A stretch of 64,000 nucleotides of DNA from Micavibrio sp. UBA6145 (GTDB lineage Bacteria; Pseudomonadota; Alphaproteobacteria; Micavibrionales; UBA1664), in NCBI GenBank assembly GCA_002423205.1, contig DIUZ01000002.1:65409-129408 (forward strand), in the 5' to 3' direction. Made by a program: the position numbers and the translations under genes. Of the stretch, positions 56,173 to 64,000 are shown one piece after another. Positions within the stretch are counted from its first letter, which is position 1, and the number at the start of each line of letters is the position of its first letter. The notes below the pieces were generated by a model. That model did no database searches and was not told the DNA's origin. It saw only the letters and a program-made list of their open reading frames with translations.

Positions 56173-57459
56173 ATGCTCGGCTTTATAAAAACCTTTTTTA
56201 AAGGGGCTAAACCCCGCCTTCGCCTGCGTCAGGAAAAAGACCCTGTACGCTATGAAAAGGAACGCGCGCTGGCCGCCAGCGCCACGAAACGCGACCGCCT
56301 GAAACTCGCGAAAAATCCGAACACACATCTTGAGATTTTGTATTACCTGGCCGCAGACGCCGATGAAGATGTGCGCCTGGCCGTTGCCAGAAACGATTCC
56401 ACCCCCTTGCAGGTCAGCCCCATCATCGCCCGCGATAAAAGCGTGGATGTGCGTATGGCGCTGGCCCAGCGTTTGATGGAATTGCTGCCTGAATTATCCG
56501 AGGCGCAGCATAGCCAGCTTTACGCCTTCGCGGCGCAGGCGCTGGGCGTGCTTGCACTCGATGAGGTGTTGAAGGTGCGCATTGCCCTGTCATCCGTGCT
56601 CAAGGACATGGCCTGCGCGCCGCCCGCCGTGGTAACGCAGCTCGCCCGCGATCTGGAACGTCAGGTGTCGGAACCGATCTTGCGTTACTGCGCGGCACTG
56701 CCTGATAAAGATCTGCTGGATATTCTCTCCGAACACCCGCAGGACTGGGTGGTGGAGGCCATCGCCAGCCGCCGCACTGTGTCCGAACGCGTATCCGACG
56801 CCGTAGTGGAAAAACGCAGCGTATCGGGTGGCCGCGCATTGATTGCCAATGACGGTGCCATGCTGTCCAACGACGCGCTGGTGCGCGTGGTCGAAAGCGC
56901 GCGTGAATTGCCCGAATGGCAAAAGCCGTTATGCCTGCGCAAACATCTGCCGGGTTTCCTGATGAAGGAGATCGTGCGCTTCGTCGACACCTCGCTGCAT
57001 AAATTCATTCTGGCGCGTACCGATTTTGACGACGCCACCCGCATTGAAATCGAAGACACGGTCAAACGCCGCATGCGTTTTCTGGTCGACGATGCAGGCA
57101 ACCGCATTACGCCCAAGGACAAGCTCGCCATCCTCCATAAAACAGGAAAACTCGACGACGCGGTCATGGCCGACGCGCTGGCCCTACGTGAGCATGAATT
57201 CATCCAGATGGGCCTGGCCCTGCGGTCCAAGCTGCCGCTGGACACGGTCAAACGCATGTTTGAAACCAGGTCCGCCAAGGCGGTCACGGCGCTGGCCTGG
57301 CGGGCGGGCCTGACCATGCGCTTTGCCCTGGACCTCCAGCGCGAACTGGCCAAAGTCCCCCATACCGAGCTTCTATACCCCCGGAATGGCGAGGATTTCC
57401 CGCTTTCCGACGAGGAAATGGACTGGCAGATCGGGTTCTTTAAGCCAGAAAAAGCTTGA
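56173..57459 (+). CDS. DUF2336-like HEAT/ARM-repeat protein
   Basis: Repeated ...D.DVR.A.A... helical units are present. The C-terminal ...LHKTGKLDDAVMADALALREHEFIQMGLALRSKLPLDTVKRMF... matches my recollection of DUF2336. Confidence 0.55.
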   Translation: MLGFIKTFFKGAKPRLRLRQEKDPVRYEKERALAASATKRDRLKLAKNPNTHLEILYYLAADADEDVRLAVARNDSTPLQVSPIIARDKSVDVRMALAQRLMELLPELSEAQHSQLYAFAAQALGVLALDEVLKVRIALSSVLKDMACAPPAVVTQLARDLERQVSEPILRYCAALPDKDLLDILSEHPQDWVVEAIASRRTVSERVSDAVVEKRSVSGGRALIANDGAMLSNDALVRVVESARELPEWQKPLCLRKHLPGFLMKEIVRFVDTSLHKFILARTDFDDATRIEIEDTVKRRMRFLVDDAGNRITPKDKLAILHKTGKLDDAVMADALALREHEFIQMGLALRSKLPLDTVKRMFETRSAKAVTALAWRAGLTMRFALDLQRELAKVPHTELLYPRNGEDFPLSDEEMDWQIGFFKPEKA

Positions 57460-57522
57460 TTTACAAGCCCCTGTACGCCATGTTGCGCCGTAATTCTCAA
57501 ACGCAGGGAAGGTAGTACCGAT

Positions 57523-58815
57523 ATGGCGAACGTGGCAGTGGTTGGCGCTCAATGGGGCGACGAAGGAAAAGGCAAGATTGTCGACTTTCTTTCAAACCGT
57601 GCAGACGTCGTCGTCCGGTTTCAGGGCGGGCATAACGCCGGTCACACCCTCGTCATTGACGGCATCAGCTACAAACTCGCCCTTCTTCCATCCGGTGTTG
57701 TCCGCGAAGGCAAATTCTCCATCGTCGGTAACGGCGTCGTTGTCGATCCCTGGGCCTTCCTCGCTGAAATTGAAAAAGTCGCCGCCAAGGGCGTCAAGGT
57801 CAGCCCGGCCAATTTGATGCTGGCCGACACGGCGCATGTCATCCTGCCCGTGCACTCCGCCCTCGATAAGGCATTCGAAGCCGCCAAGGGCAAGGAAGCC
57901 ATCGGCACCACCGGCCGCGGTATCGGCCCGTGCTACGAAGACAAGGCCGCACGCCGCGGCATCCGCCTGTGCGATCTGGCTGAACCCGAACTACTGAAAT
58001 CCAAGATCGAAGCGATGATGGTCCACCACAACGCGCTGCTCAAGGGCCTGAACGCAGAAACCATGGACCCGGCGAAAATCTACGCCGACCTGATGGCCAT
58101 CGCGCCGCAGATCACGCCGTTTATCGGCGTCGCATGGAAAATGCTGAACGAAGCCCGCAAGGCTGGCAAAAAAATCCTTTTCGAAGGGGCGCAGGGCGCG
58201 TTGCTTGACGTCGACCACGGCACGTACCCGTATGTCACATCATCCAATTGTGTGGCGTCACAAGCCGCCGCCGGTTCTGGTCTGGGCTTCGCCACGCAGA
58301 ACTATGTTCTGGGTCTGGCCAAGGCGTATACCACGCGCGTCGGCTCGGGCCCGTTCCCGACCGAGCAGGAAAACGAGATCGGTGAAGAGCTGGGCCAGAA
58401 GGGCCATGAATTCGGCACCAACACCGGGCGCAAGCGCCGCTGTGGCTGGTTTGACGCGATCCTCGTCCGCCAGTCGGTGGTGCAGGGTGGAATTCACGGC
58501 ATCGCGCTGACCAAGCTCGACGTGCTCGACGGTTTCAAACAGGTCAAAATCTGCACCGGTTACAAACTGGGCGACAAGGTTCTGGACTATTACCCGTCAG
58601 GCCAGGCCGATCAGGCTTCGGTTGAACCCATCTATGAAACCATGGATGGCTGGTCTGAGACCACGCGCGGTGTTCGTTCCTATGCGGAATTGCCCGCAAA
58701 CGCGGTCAAATACGTGCGCCGCATCGAAGAGCTGATCCAGTGCCAGGTCACGCTGCTCTCCACATCGCCGGAACGTGAAGACACGATCCTGATGCACGAC
58801 CCGTTCGTCGGGTAA
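57523..58815 (+). CDS. purA: Adenylosuccinate synthase
   Basis: The translation shows [33 protein letters not shown] and [12 protein letters not shown]. Confidence 0.97.
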   Translation: MANVAVVGAQWGDEGKGKIVDFLSNRADVVVRFQGGHNAGHTLVIDGISYKLALLPSGVVREGKFSIVGNGVVVDPWAFLAEIEKVAAKGVKVSPANLMLADTAHVILPVHSALDKAFEAAKGKEAIGTTGRGIGPCYEDKAARRGIRLCDLAEPELLKSKIEAMMVHHNALLKGLNAETMDPAKIYADLMAIAPQITPFIGVAWKMLNEARKAGKKILFEGAQGALLDVDHGTYPYVTSSNCVASQAAAGSGLGFATQNYVLGLAKAYTTRVGSGPFPTEQENEIGEELGQKGHEFGTNTGRKRRCGWFDAILVRQSVVQGGIHGIALTKLDVLDGFKQVKICTGYKLGDKVLDYYPSGQADQASVEPIYETMDGWSETTRGVRSYAELPANAVKYVRRIEELIQCQVTLLSTSPEREDTILMHDPFVG

Positions 58816-58824
58816 ATTTGCCGA

Positions 58825-59637
58825 TTATTTCCACGCCGTAATCGGTGCACATGATTTGGGCAGGGATGTTTCATCCAGCCCATCCATGATTTCGTATTCA
58901 TTCTCGCACGCCATCATCGTCGGTGGCACGCGCGTGATGTCAAAAACGTCATAGGCCGGCAAAAGCTCATTCACCCAGAAATCGATCCATTCGCTGTCTT
59001 TATGGCGGATGATGTTGTCCTGCGTCATGCGGAACGGGAAGGCGTGAATGGGGATGGATGTTTCGCCCATTTCAAACGCGGCCTGCGCCATGCCGTAGAC
59101 TTCTTCGATATTGGCATCGCTCAGCGCGTAGCATCCGATGGACACACACGCGCCGTGGATCATGAGATGCGCACCCGTGCGGCCAAGACCTTTGTCGTAG
59201 GCGTTGGGATAGCCCATGTTGATGGCCAGATGGTATTTGCTGTTGGGGTTCAGCTGCTTAATGCCTGCCTCGTAAAAGCCCTCAGGTGCCTGGCGGTCGC
59301 CTTCCTTCTGCTTGGGGCCCAGCGCGCCGGAATTGATGCAGATCGGGTACACTTCAAATAACTCATACCGCTCACCCTTTTGAAGCCATGCCTCGATCAC
59401 GCCTTCTTCCTTGAAGATGCGCAGGTAAAGCGGCGCGCCGTAAACGAAGCCGCGCAGGGTAAGTAATGTCTCAAGATCCGGACGGTTGCCGCCGCGCCAT
59501 ACCTTGATGGCGGTCTCAGGCGCGAAAGAATGCAGGAATTTATAAAAGCCCCCCGGATCACGCGGCGATTGCGGGTCCGCCGCCAGCACGGGGACTGCAA
59601 GGAATGTCAGGAAAAGGGCCGGCAAAAGAAAGCGCAT
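58825..59637 (-). CDS. L,D-transpeptidase family protein (YafK-like)
   Basis: There is a signal peptide. The translation shows ...GDRQAPEGFYE..., LMIHGACVSIGCYAL, a YkuD-type His/Cys motif. Confidence 0.8.
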   Translation of the reverse strand: MRFLLPALFLTFLAVPVLAADPQSPRDPGGFYKFLHSFAPETAIKVWRGGNRPDLETLLTLRGFVYGAPLYLRIFKEEGVIEAWLQKGERYELFEVYPICINSGALGPKQKEGDRQAPEGFYEAGIKQLNPNSKYHLAINMGYPNAYDKGLGRTGAHLMIHGACVSIGCYALSDANIEEVYGMAQAAFEMGETSIPIHAFPFRMTQDNIIRHKDSEWIDFWVNELLPAYDVFDITRVPPTMMACENEYEIMDGLDETSLPKSCAPITAWK

Positions 59638-59674
59638 GCCCCAGTATTCCCGCGATTCGCAGGGCTGCGGCCAA

Positions 59675-60154
59675 TTATTTGTACTCGATCTTCATGACTT
59701 CGTAGGATTGCTGGCCCTTGGGCGTGGTGACTTCCACCACGTCGCCGGTTTTCTTGCCGATCAATGCGCGGGCAAGGGGGGCCGCAATCGCAAGGCGGCC
59801 CGATTTGATGTCGGATTCATGTTCGCCCACGATCTGATAGACGACCTTTTTATCATCATCGTCGGCAACCGTAATGGTCGCGCCGAACATGACACGGTCC
59901 GTAGCCGGCAATTTGGATGCGTCGATCACATCGGCGCGGCCCAGCACTGATTCCAGTTCGTCAATACGGCCTTCGATGAAGCTTTGTTCTTCCTTGGCGT
60001 ATTGGTACTCGGCATTTTCAGACAAATCGCCATGCGCGCGTGCTTCAGCAATCGCTGCGATCACATTCGGGCGGCGCACGCTTTTGAGTTCTTTGAGTTC
60101 CTCCACCAGCAGGCCGTGGCCGCGCGGTGTCATGGGGACTTTATCTAATGCCAT
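59675..60154 (-). CDS. greA: Transcription elongation factor GreA
   Basis: From the ATG at 60154: [29 protein letters not shown]...[17 protein letters not shown]. Confidence 0.93.
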   Translation of the reverse strand: MALDKVPMTPRGHGLLVEELKELKSVRRPNVIAAIAEARAHGDLSENAEYQYAKEEQSFIEGRIDELESVLGRADVIDASKLPATDRVMFGATITVADDDDKKVVYQIVGEHESDIKSGRLAIAAPLARALIGKKTGDVVEVTTPKGQQSYEVMKIEYK

Positions 60155-60193
60155 TGTCTTAAATTCCGTGATCTTGTTTTTGTTTTGGGGCAG

Positions 60194-60222
60194 CAAAAAT
60201 CCCGCCTGCCGGCGGGATTTGT
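60194..60222 (-). terminator. Intrinsic terminator downstream of carB
   Basis: On the minus strand: ATCCCGCC-GGCA-GGCGGGAT followed by TTTTT. Confidence 0.75.
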
Positions 60223-60276
60223 TGAATCTAGGGGGCATTGACGCTGATGTCAAACCCGGCGAATTACTCAATCAAA

Positions 60277-63200
60277 TCAAGCGGCTTCGCTCGGGAAATA
60301 GGACTGAATCGGTGCAATGTGGAATGACCGCGCCTTCATCGAGCGGATCGCCTGCACTGCCGCTGTCGCCGCCGCCATATTGGTGTAATACGGGATCTTG
60401 TGCATGAGGCCCGTACGGCGGATTTCAACGCCGTCCGTCATCGACTGGCGCGTCAGCGTCGTATTGATGATCAGATGCACATCGCGGTTGATGATGGCAT
60501 CGACAATATGCGGCTGGCCTTCCGACACCTTGTTCACGCGCATGACATCCAGGCCTGCGCGTTTCAGATGCGTGGCGGTACCACCCGTCGCTATGATCTT
60601 GAACCCCATACCCAGAAGGTCGCGGGCAAGACCCGTAATCGCGTCCTTGTCCGCGTCATGCACGGACAGGAACACGGTGCCTTCACGCGGCAGCCACATA
60701 CCTGCACCGATCTGCGATTTCGCAAACGCCTGTGCCATGTGGCGGTCGATGCCCATGACTTCGCCCGTCGATTTCATCTCAGGTCCCAAAACAACGTCCA
60801 CGCCCGCAAATCGGCTGAACGGAAACACCGGTGCCTTCACGGCGACATGGTCGTCCTTCATGCCCAGCAGCAGACCGGCATCGCGGAAGGTTTTGACTTT
60901 CTCACCCGCCATCACGCGCGCGGCCAGTTTGGCGACCGGCACATTCGTGGCCTTGGCGACAAACGGCACCGTGCGCGATGCGCGCGGGTTGACCTCAAGG
61001 ATGTAGATATCGTGCTCGCCGCTTTCGGCATTACGTTTGACGGCAAACTGCACGTTCATCAGGCCTTTGACCTTAAGCGCCATGGCAAGCGCAGCCGACT
61101 GGCGCTCAATCTCGCGCACAACCTTATAGGGCAGGGAGTGCGGAGGCAGAACACAGGACGAGTCGCCGGAGTGAATGCCCGCTTCCTCGATATGCTCCAT
61201 GATGCCAGCGACATATACGTCTTCGCCGTCGGACAATACGTCGACATCGACTTCGGTGGCGTTTTGCAGATACGTGTCGATCAGCACCGGGTTTTTGCCC
61301 GACACCTGAACGGCGTTCTTCATGTAGTTTTCAAGTTCTTCCTGGTTGGTGACGATCTGCATCGCACGGCCGCCCAGAACATAAGATGGGCGCACCACCA
61401 GCGGGTAACCCAGCTGGTTGGCGGCTTTAACGGCGTTTTCAACGGATGTTGCCATTTCTGCCGGCGGTTGCAGCAGTTTGAGCTTGTCGATCAGCTTCTT
61501 GAAACGGTCGCGGTCTTCGGCCAGATCAATCATATCCGGGTCGGTGCCAAGGATCGGGATTTTTTGGTCTTTCAGGAAGTTCGCCAATTTCAGCGGCGTC
61601 TGCCCGCCAAGCTGGACGATCACGCCCTTGATCTTCGCGCCAGCGTTGTTTTCAGCCGTGATCAGTTCAATCGCGTCTTCCTGCGTCAGCGGTTCGAAAT
61701 ACAGGCGGTCCGACGTGTCGTAATCGGTCGACACGGTTTCCGGGTTGCAGTTGACCATGATGGTCTCGTACCCGGCTTCTCGGAGCGCGTATGCGGCATG
61801 GACGCAGCAATAGTCGAATTCAATGCCCTGGCCGATACGGTTGGGGCCGCCGCCGAGGATGACGATTTTCTCTTTATCCGTCGGCTCGATTTCCGATTGC
61901 GGCGCGCCGTTCAGGAAATACTCGTAAGTGCCGTACATATACGGCGTCACAGACGCAATTTCAGCGGCGCAGCTATCGACGCGTTTATAAACCGGGCGTA
62001 CGCCGTGCTTCTGGCGGGCGTTGCGGACGGATTCTTCCTGCGCCCCGGTCAGCTTGGCAAGGCGGGCATCGGAAAAGCCCATGGCTTTGAGTTGCGACCA
62101 TGCCTGCGCATCTTTCGGCAGGCCATGCGCTTTTACGTCCGCTTCGGCGTCGATGATACGCTTGATACGCTCAAGGAACCATGTATCGATCTTGGTGACG
62201 TTATAGATGTCTTCGACGCTCATGCCGTGGCGCATGGCCTGTGCGACATACAGAATACGCTGCGGCGTCGGTTTCGAAAGTGATGCGCGGATCTGTTCGG
62301 CATCCGGCTCAACACCCGCGGCCACAGCCGGAATTTTGATTTCATCAAAACCGGACAGGTTGACTTCCAGTGAACGCAGCGCTTTTTGCATGGATTCTTC
62401 GAATGAGCGGCCAATAGCCATCGCCTCGCCAACCGATTTCATGGCGGTGCCAAGACGGTTGTCGGTGCCTTTGAATTTCTCAAACGCAAAACGCGGGATT
62501 TTGGTGACGACGTAATCAATCGTCGGTTCGAACGATGCCGGGGTTTTGCCGCCCGTGATGTCGTTGCCCAGTTCGTCCAGCGTATAGCCGACGGCCAGTT
62601 TTGCCGCGATCTTGGCAATCGGGAAACCGGTTGCTTTCGATGCCAGCGCGGATGAACGCGACACGCGCGGGTTCATTTCAATGACGACCATGCGGCCGTC
62701 TTTCGGGTTGATGCCGTATTGCACGTTCGATCCGCCGGTTTCGACGCCAATGGCGCGAAGGACCGCGATCGATGCGTCGCGCATGATCTGGTATTCCTTA
62801 TCCGTCAGCGTCAGGGCCGGGGCGACGGTGATGGAATCGCCCGTATGCACGCCCATCGGGTCAATGTTTTCAATGGAACACACGATGATGCAGTTGTCGT
62901 TCTTGTCGCGGACAACTTCCATTTCGTATTCTTTCCAGCCAAGGACGGATTCCTCGACCAGAACTTCCGTAACCGGCGAGGCATCAAGGCCTTCGCGCAC
63001 GATCTGTTCAAATTGCTGGCGGTTATAGGCAATACCGCCGCCGGTACCGCCCAGCGTGAAGGACGGACGGATAACGGCAGGAATGCCGACTTCAGCCAAA
63101 GCATCGATACCTTCAGCCAGTGTTTTGACAAGGCGCGATTTCGGCGATGCCAGACCCAGTTCGTCCATGCAGTTACGGAACAGCAGGCGGTCTTCCGCCT

Positions 63201-63573
63201 TGCGGATGGCTTCGCGGTTCGCACCGATCAGCTCGATACCCAGCCGGTCCAGCGTGCCGTCATCGGCCAAAGCCAAAGCCGTGTTCAGCGCGGTCTGCCC
63301 GCCCATGGTGGGCAGCAGCGCGTCAGGACGTTCAAGTTCAAGGATGCGGGCGACAATACCTGGCGTGATCGGTTCGATGTAGGTCGCATCGGCCAGGTTC
63401 GGATCAGTCATGATCGTCGCCGGGTTCGAATTGATGAGAATGATGCGGTACCCTTCGGCCTTGAGCGCCTTACACGCTTGGGTGCCGGAATAATCAAACT
63501 CGCAGGCCTGACCAATAATGATAGGCCCCGCGCCGATGATGGCGATGGATTTGATATCTGTACGTTTTGGCAT
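60277..63573 (-). CDS. carB: Carbamoyl-phosphate synthase large subunit
   Basis: From the ATG at 63573: [33 protein letters not shown]... Two ATP-grasp halves and an MGS-like C-terminus follow. Confidence 0.97.
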   Translation of the reverse strand: MPKRTDIKSIAIIGAGPIIIGQACEFDYSGTQACKALKAEGYRIILINSNPATIMTDPNLADATYIEPITPGIVARILELERPDALLPTMGGQTALNTALALADDGTLDRLGIELIGANREAIRKAEDRLLFRNCMDELGLASPKSRLVKTLAEGIDALAEVGIPAVIRPSFTLGGTGGGIAYNRQQFEQIVREGLDASPVTEVLVEESVLGWKEYEMEVVRDKNDNCIIVCSIENIDPMGVHTGDSITVAPALTLTDKEYQIMRDASIAVLRAIGVETGGSNVQYGINPKDGRMVVIEMNPRVSRSSALASKATGFPIAKIAAKLAVGYTLDELGNDITGGKTPASFEPTIDYVVTKIPRFAFEKFKGTDNRLGTAMKSVGEAMAIGRSFEESMQKALRSLEVNLSGFDEIKIPAVAAGVEPDAEQIRASLSKPTPQRILYVAQAMRHGMSVEDIYNVTKIDTWFLERIKRIIDAEADVKAHGLPKDAQAWSQLKAMGFSDARLAKLTGAQEESVRNARQKHGVRPVYKRVDSCAAEIASVTPYMYGTYEYFLNGAPQSEIEPTDKEKIVILGGGPNRIGQGIEFDYCCVHAAYALREAGYETIMVNCNPETVSTDYDTSDRLYFEPLTQEDAIELITAENNAGAKIKGVIVQLGGQTPLKLANFLKDQKIPILGTDPDMIDLAEDRDRFKKLIDKLKLLQPPAEMATSVENAVKAANQLGYPLVVRPSYVLGGRAMQIVTNQEELENYMKNAVQVSGKNPVLIDTYLQNATEVDVDVLSDGEDVYVAGIMEHIEEAGIHSGDSSCVLPPHSLPYKVVREIERQSAALAMALKVKGLMNVQFAVKRNAESGEHDIYILEVNPRASRTVPFVAKATNVPVAKLAARVMAGEKVKTFRDAGLLLGMKDDHVAVKAPVFPFSRFAGVDVVLGPEMKSTGEVMGIDRHMAQAFAKSQIGAGMWLPREGTVFLSVHDADKDAITGLARDLLGMGFKIIATGGTATHLKRAGLDVMRVNKVSEGQPHIVDAIINRDVHLIINTTLTRQSMTDGVEIRRTGLMHKIPYYTNMAAATAAVQAIRSMKARSFHIAPIQSYFPSEAA

Positions 63574-63676
63574 GGTTTTCAGGCCTTTGAATGTGTGGTC
63601 CTGAAGTGAACTTGATAGGGCAATGCCCCCCCCCATGCAACCTTTTTCAGGGCCAAAATCGGCTTTTGCCCATTTT

Positions 63677-64000
63677 TTAAAGATGCATGGCGTTCAGCAG
63701 CGAAAAACGGTCATCTGTCCACACCCTTGATGCGGGTTTTGACGACGTCCAACCCGCATTTTTCAGCCGTTTTGTCAGGGTGTCGTCCGGGGTCATGACA
63801 AACCATTCCGATGCGTCGTTATCGTTCTCTTTCAACAGGCCCTCGCTTTTCAGCGCCATGCCCTGCCACCCGATATCCTGGGCCAGCGCCATTAAAGGCC
63901 CTTTCAGGTCCAGATGCCGGTTTGAGATATGGAACAGCAGGAAGCCGTCCGGCGCAAGGCGCTGGCGGTAAAGGGCAATCGCCTCGCGCGTCACCAGGTG
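63677..64000 (-). CDS. C-terminal part of a spermidine-synthase-like methyltransferase-fold protein (5' end outside the window)
   Basis: The frame is open to the window edge. ...[23 protein letters not shown]... resembles the C-terminal end of spermidine-synthase-like proteins. This is a weak call. Confidence 0.45.
   Translation of the reverse strand, partial: HLVTREAIALYRQRLAPDGFLLFHISNRHLDLKGPLMALAQDIGWQGMALKSEGLLKENDNDASEWFVMTPDDTLTKRLKNAGWTSSKPASRVWTDDRFSLLNAMHL

Noticed and set aside
60400-63609. Long plus-strand ORFs (627 aa at 60400-62283, 296 aa at 62719-63609) opposite carB
   Set aside because: They are shadow ORFs of a high-GC gene. Their translations are R/H/D/V/F-rich with no motifs, whereas the minus strand encodes a full-length, unmistakable CarB.
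1-64000. Search for CRISPR arrays, rRNA/tRNA genes, IS elements and prophage
   Set aside because: I noticed no arrays of regularly spaced direct repeats, no tRNA-like cloverleaf candidates in the short intergenic gaps and no transposase or integrase ORFs other than XerD. A run of tRNAscan, Infernal and ISEScan would be needed to confirm this.

Overview
The window is a high-GC, tightly packed chromosomal core region. Its synteny looks alphaproteobacterial: purE-purK, aroK-aroB, xerD-accA, carB-greA and bolA/J-domain/cobS/cobT. I support about 55 protein-coding genes. I found no rRNA, tRNA, CRISPR array, transposase or prophage. The recognisable content falls into these groups. (1) A PHB module: phaR divergent from a short phaC-like synthase, then phaA and phaB. 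(2) Central metabolism: fumC, pfk, ppdK, purEK, purA, carB, accA, aroKB. (3) DNA and translation functions: recO, parC, xerD, greA and an alpha2-type glyQS. (4) Envelope genes: AsmA, two L,D-transpeptidases, a DUF882/MepK-like peptidase and a GT9 heptosyltransferase. (5) A motA-motB stator pair, kup, a CNNM/TlyC-type transporter and a vapBC-like toxin-antitoxin pair. The parts most worth a second look are these. (a) Two translationally coupled, diverged Bpt/ATE-like (aminoacyl-tRNA-protein transferase-like) paralogues sit directly downstream of motAB on the same strand. (b) A 1357-aa acidic, helical orphan protein carries a recurring ~28-residue G-hydrophobic motif; a ribbon-helix-helix paralogue lies upstream of it. 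(c) A second small RHH gene is translationally coupled to fumC. (d) A ~94-bp compound palindrome lies in the phaR 3' region. (e) The bolA/J-domain/AAA+ (CobS)/VWA (CobT) cluster has no cobN nearby. (f) A truncated giant coiled-coil protein is followed by a PAS/degenerate-GGDEF/EAL protein. All functional calls come from reading the translations by eye and no database search was run. The many long antisense ORFs are treated as high-GC shadow ORFs.
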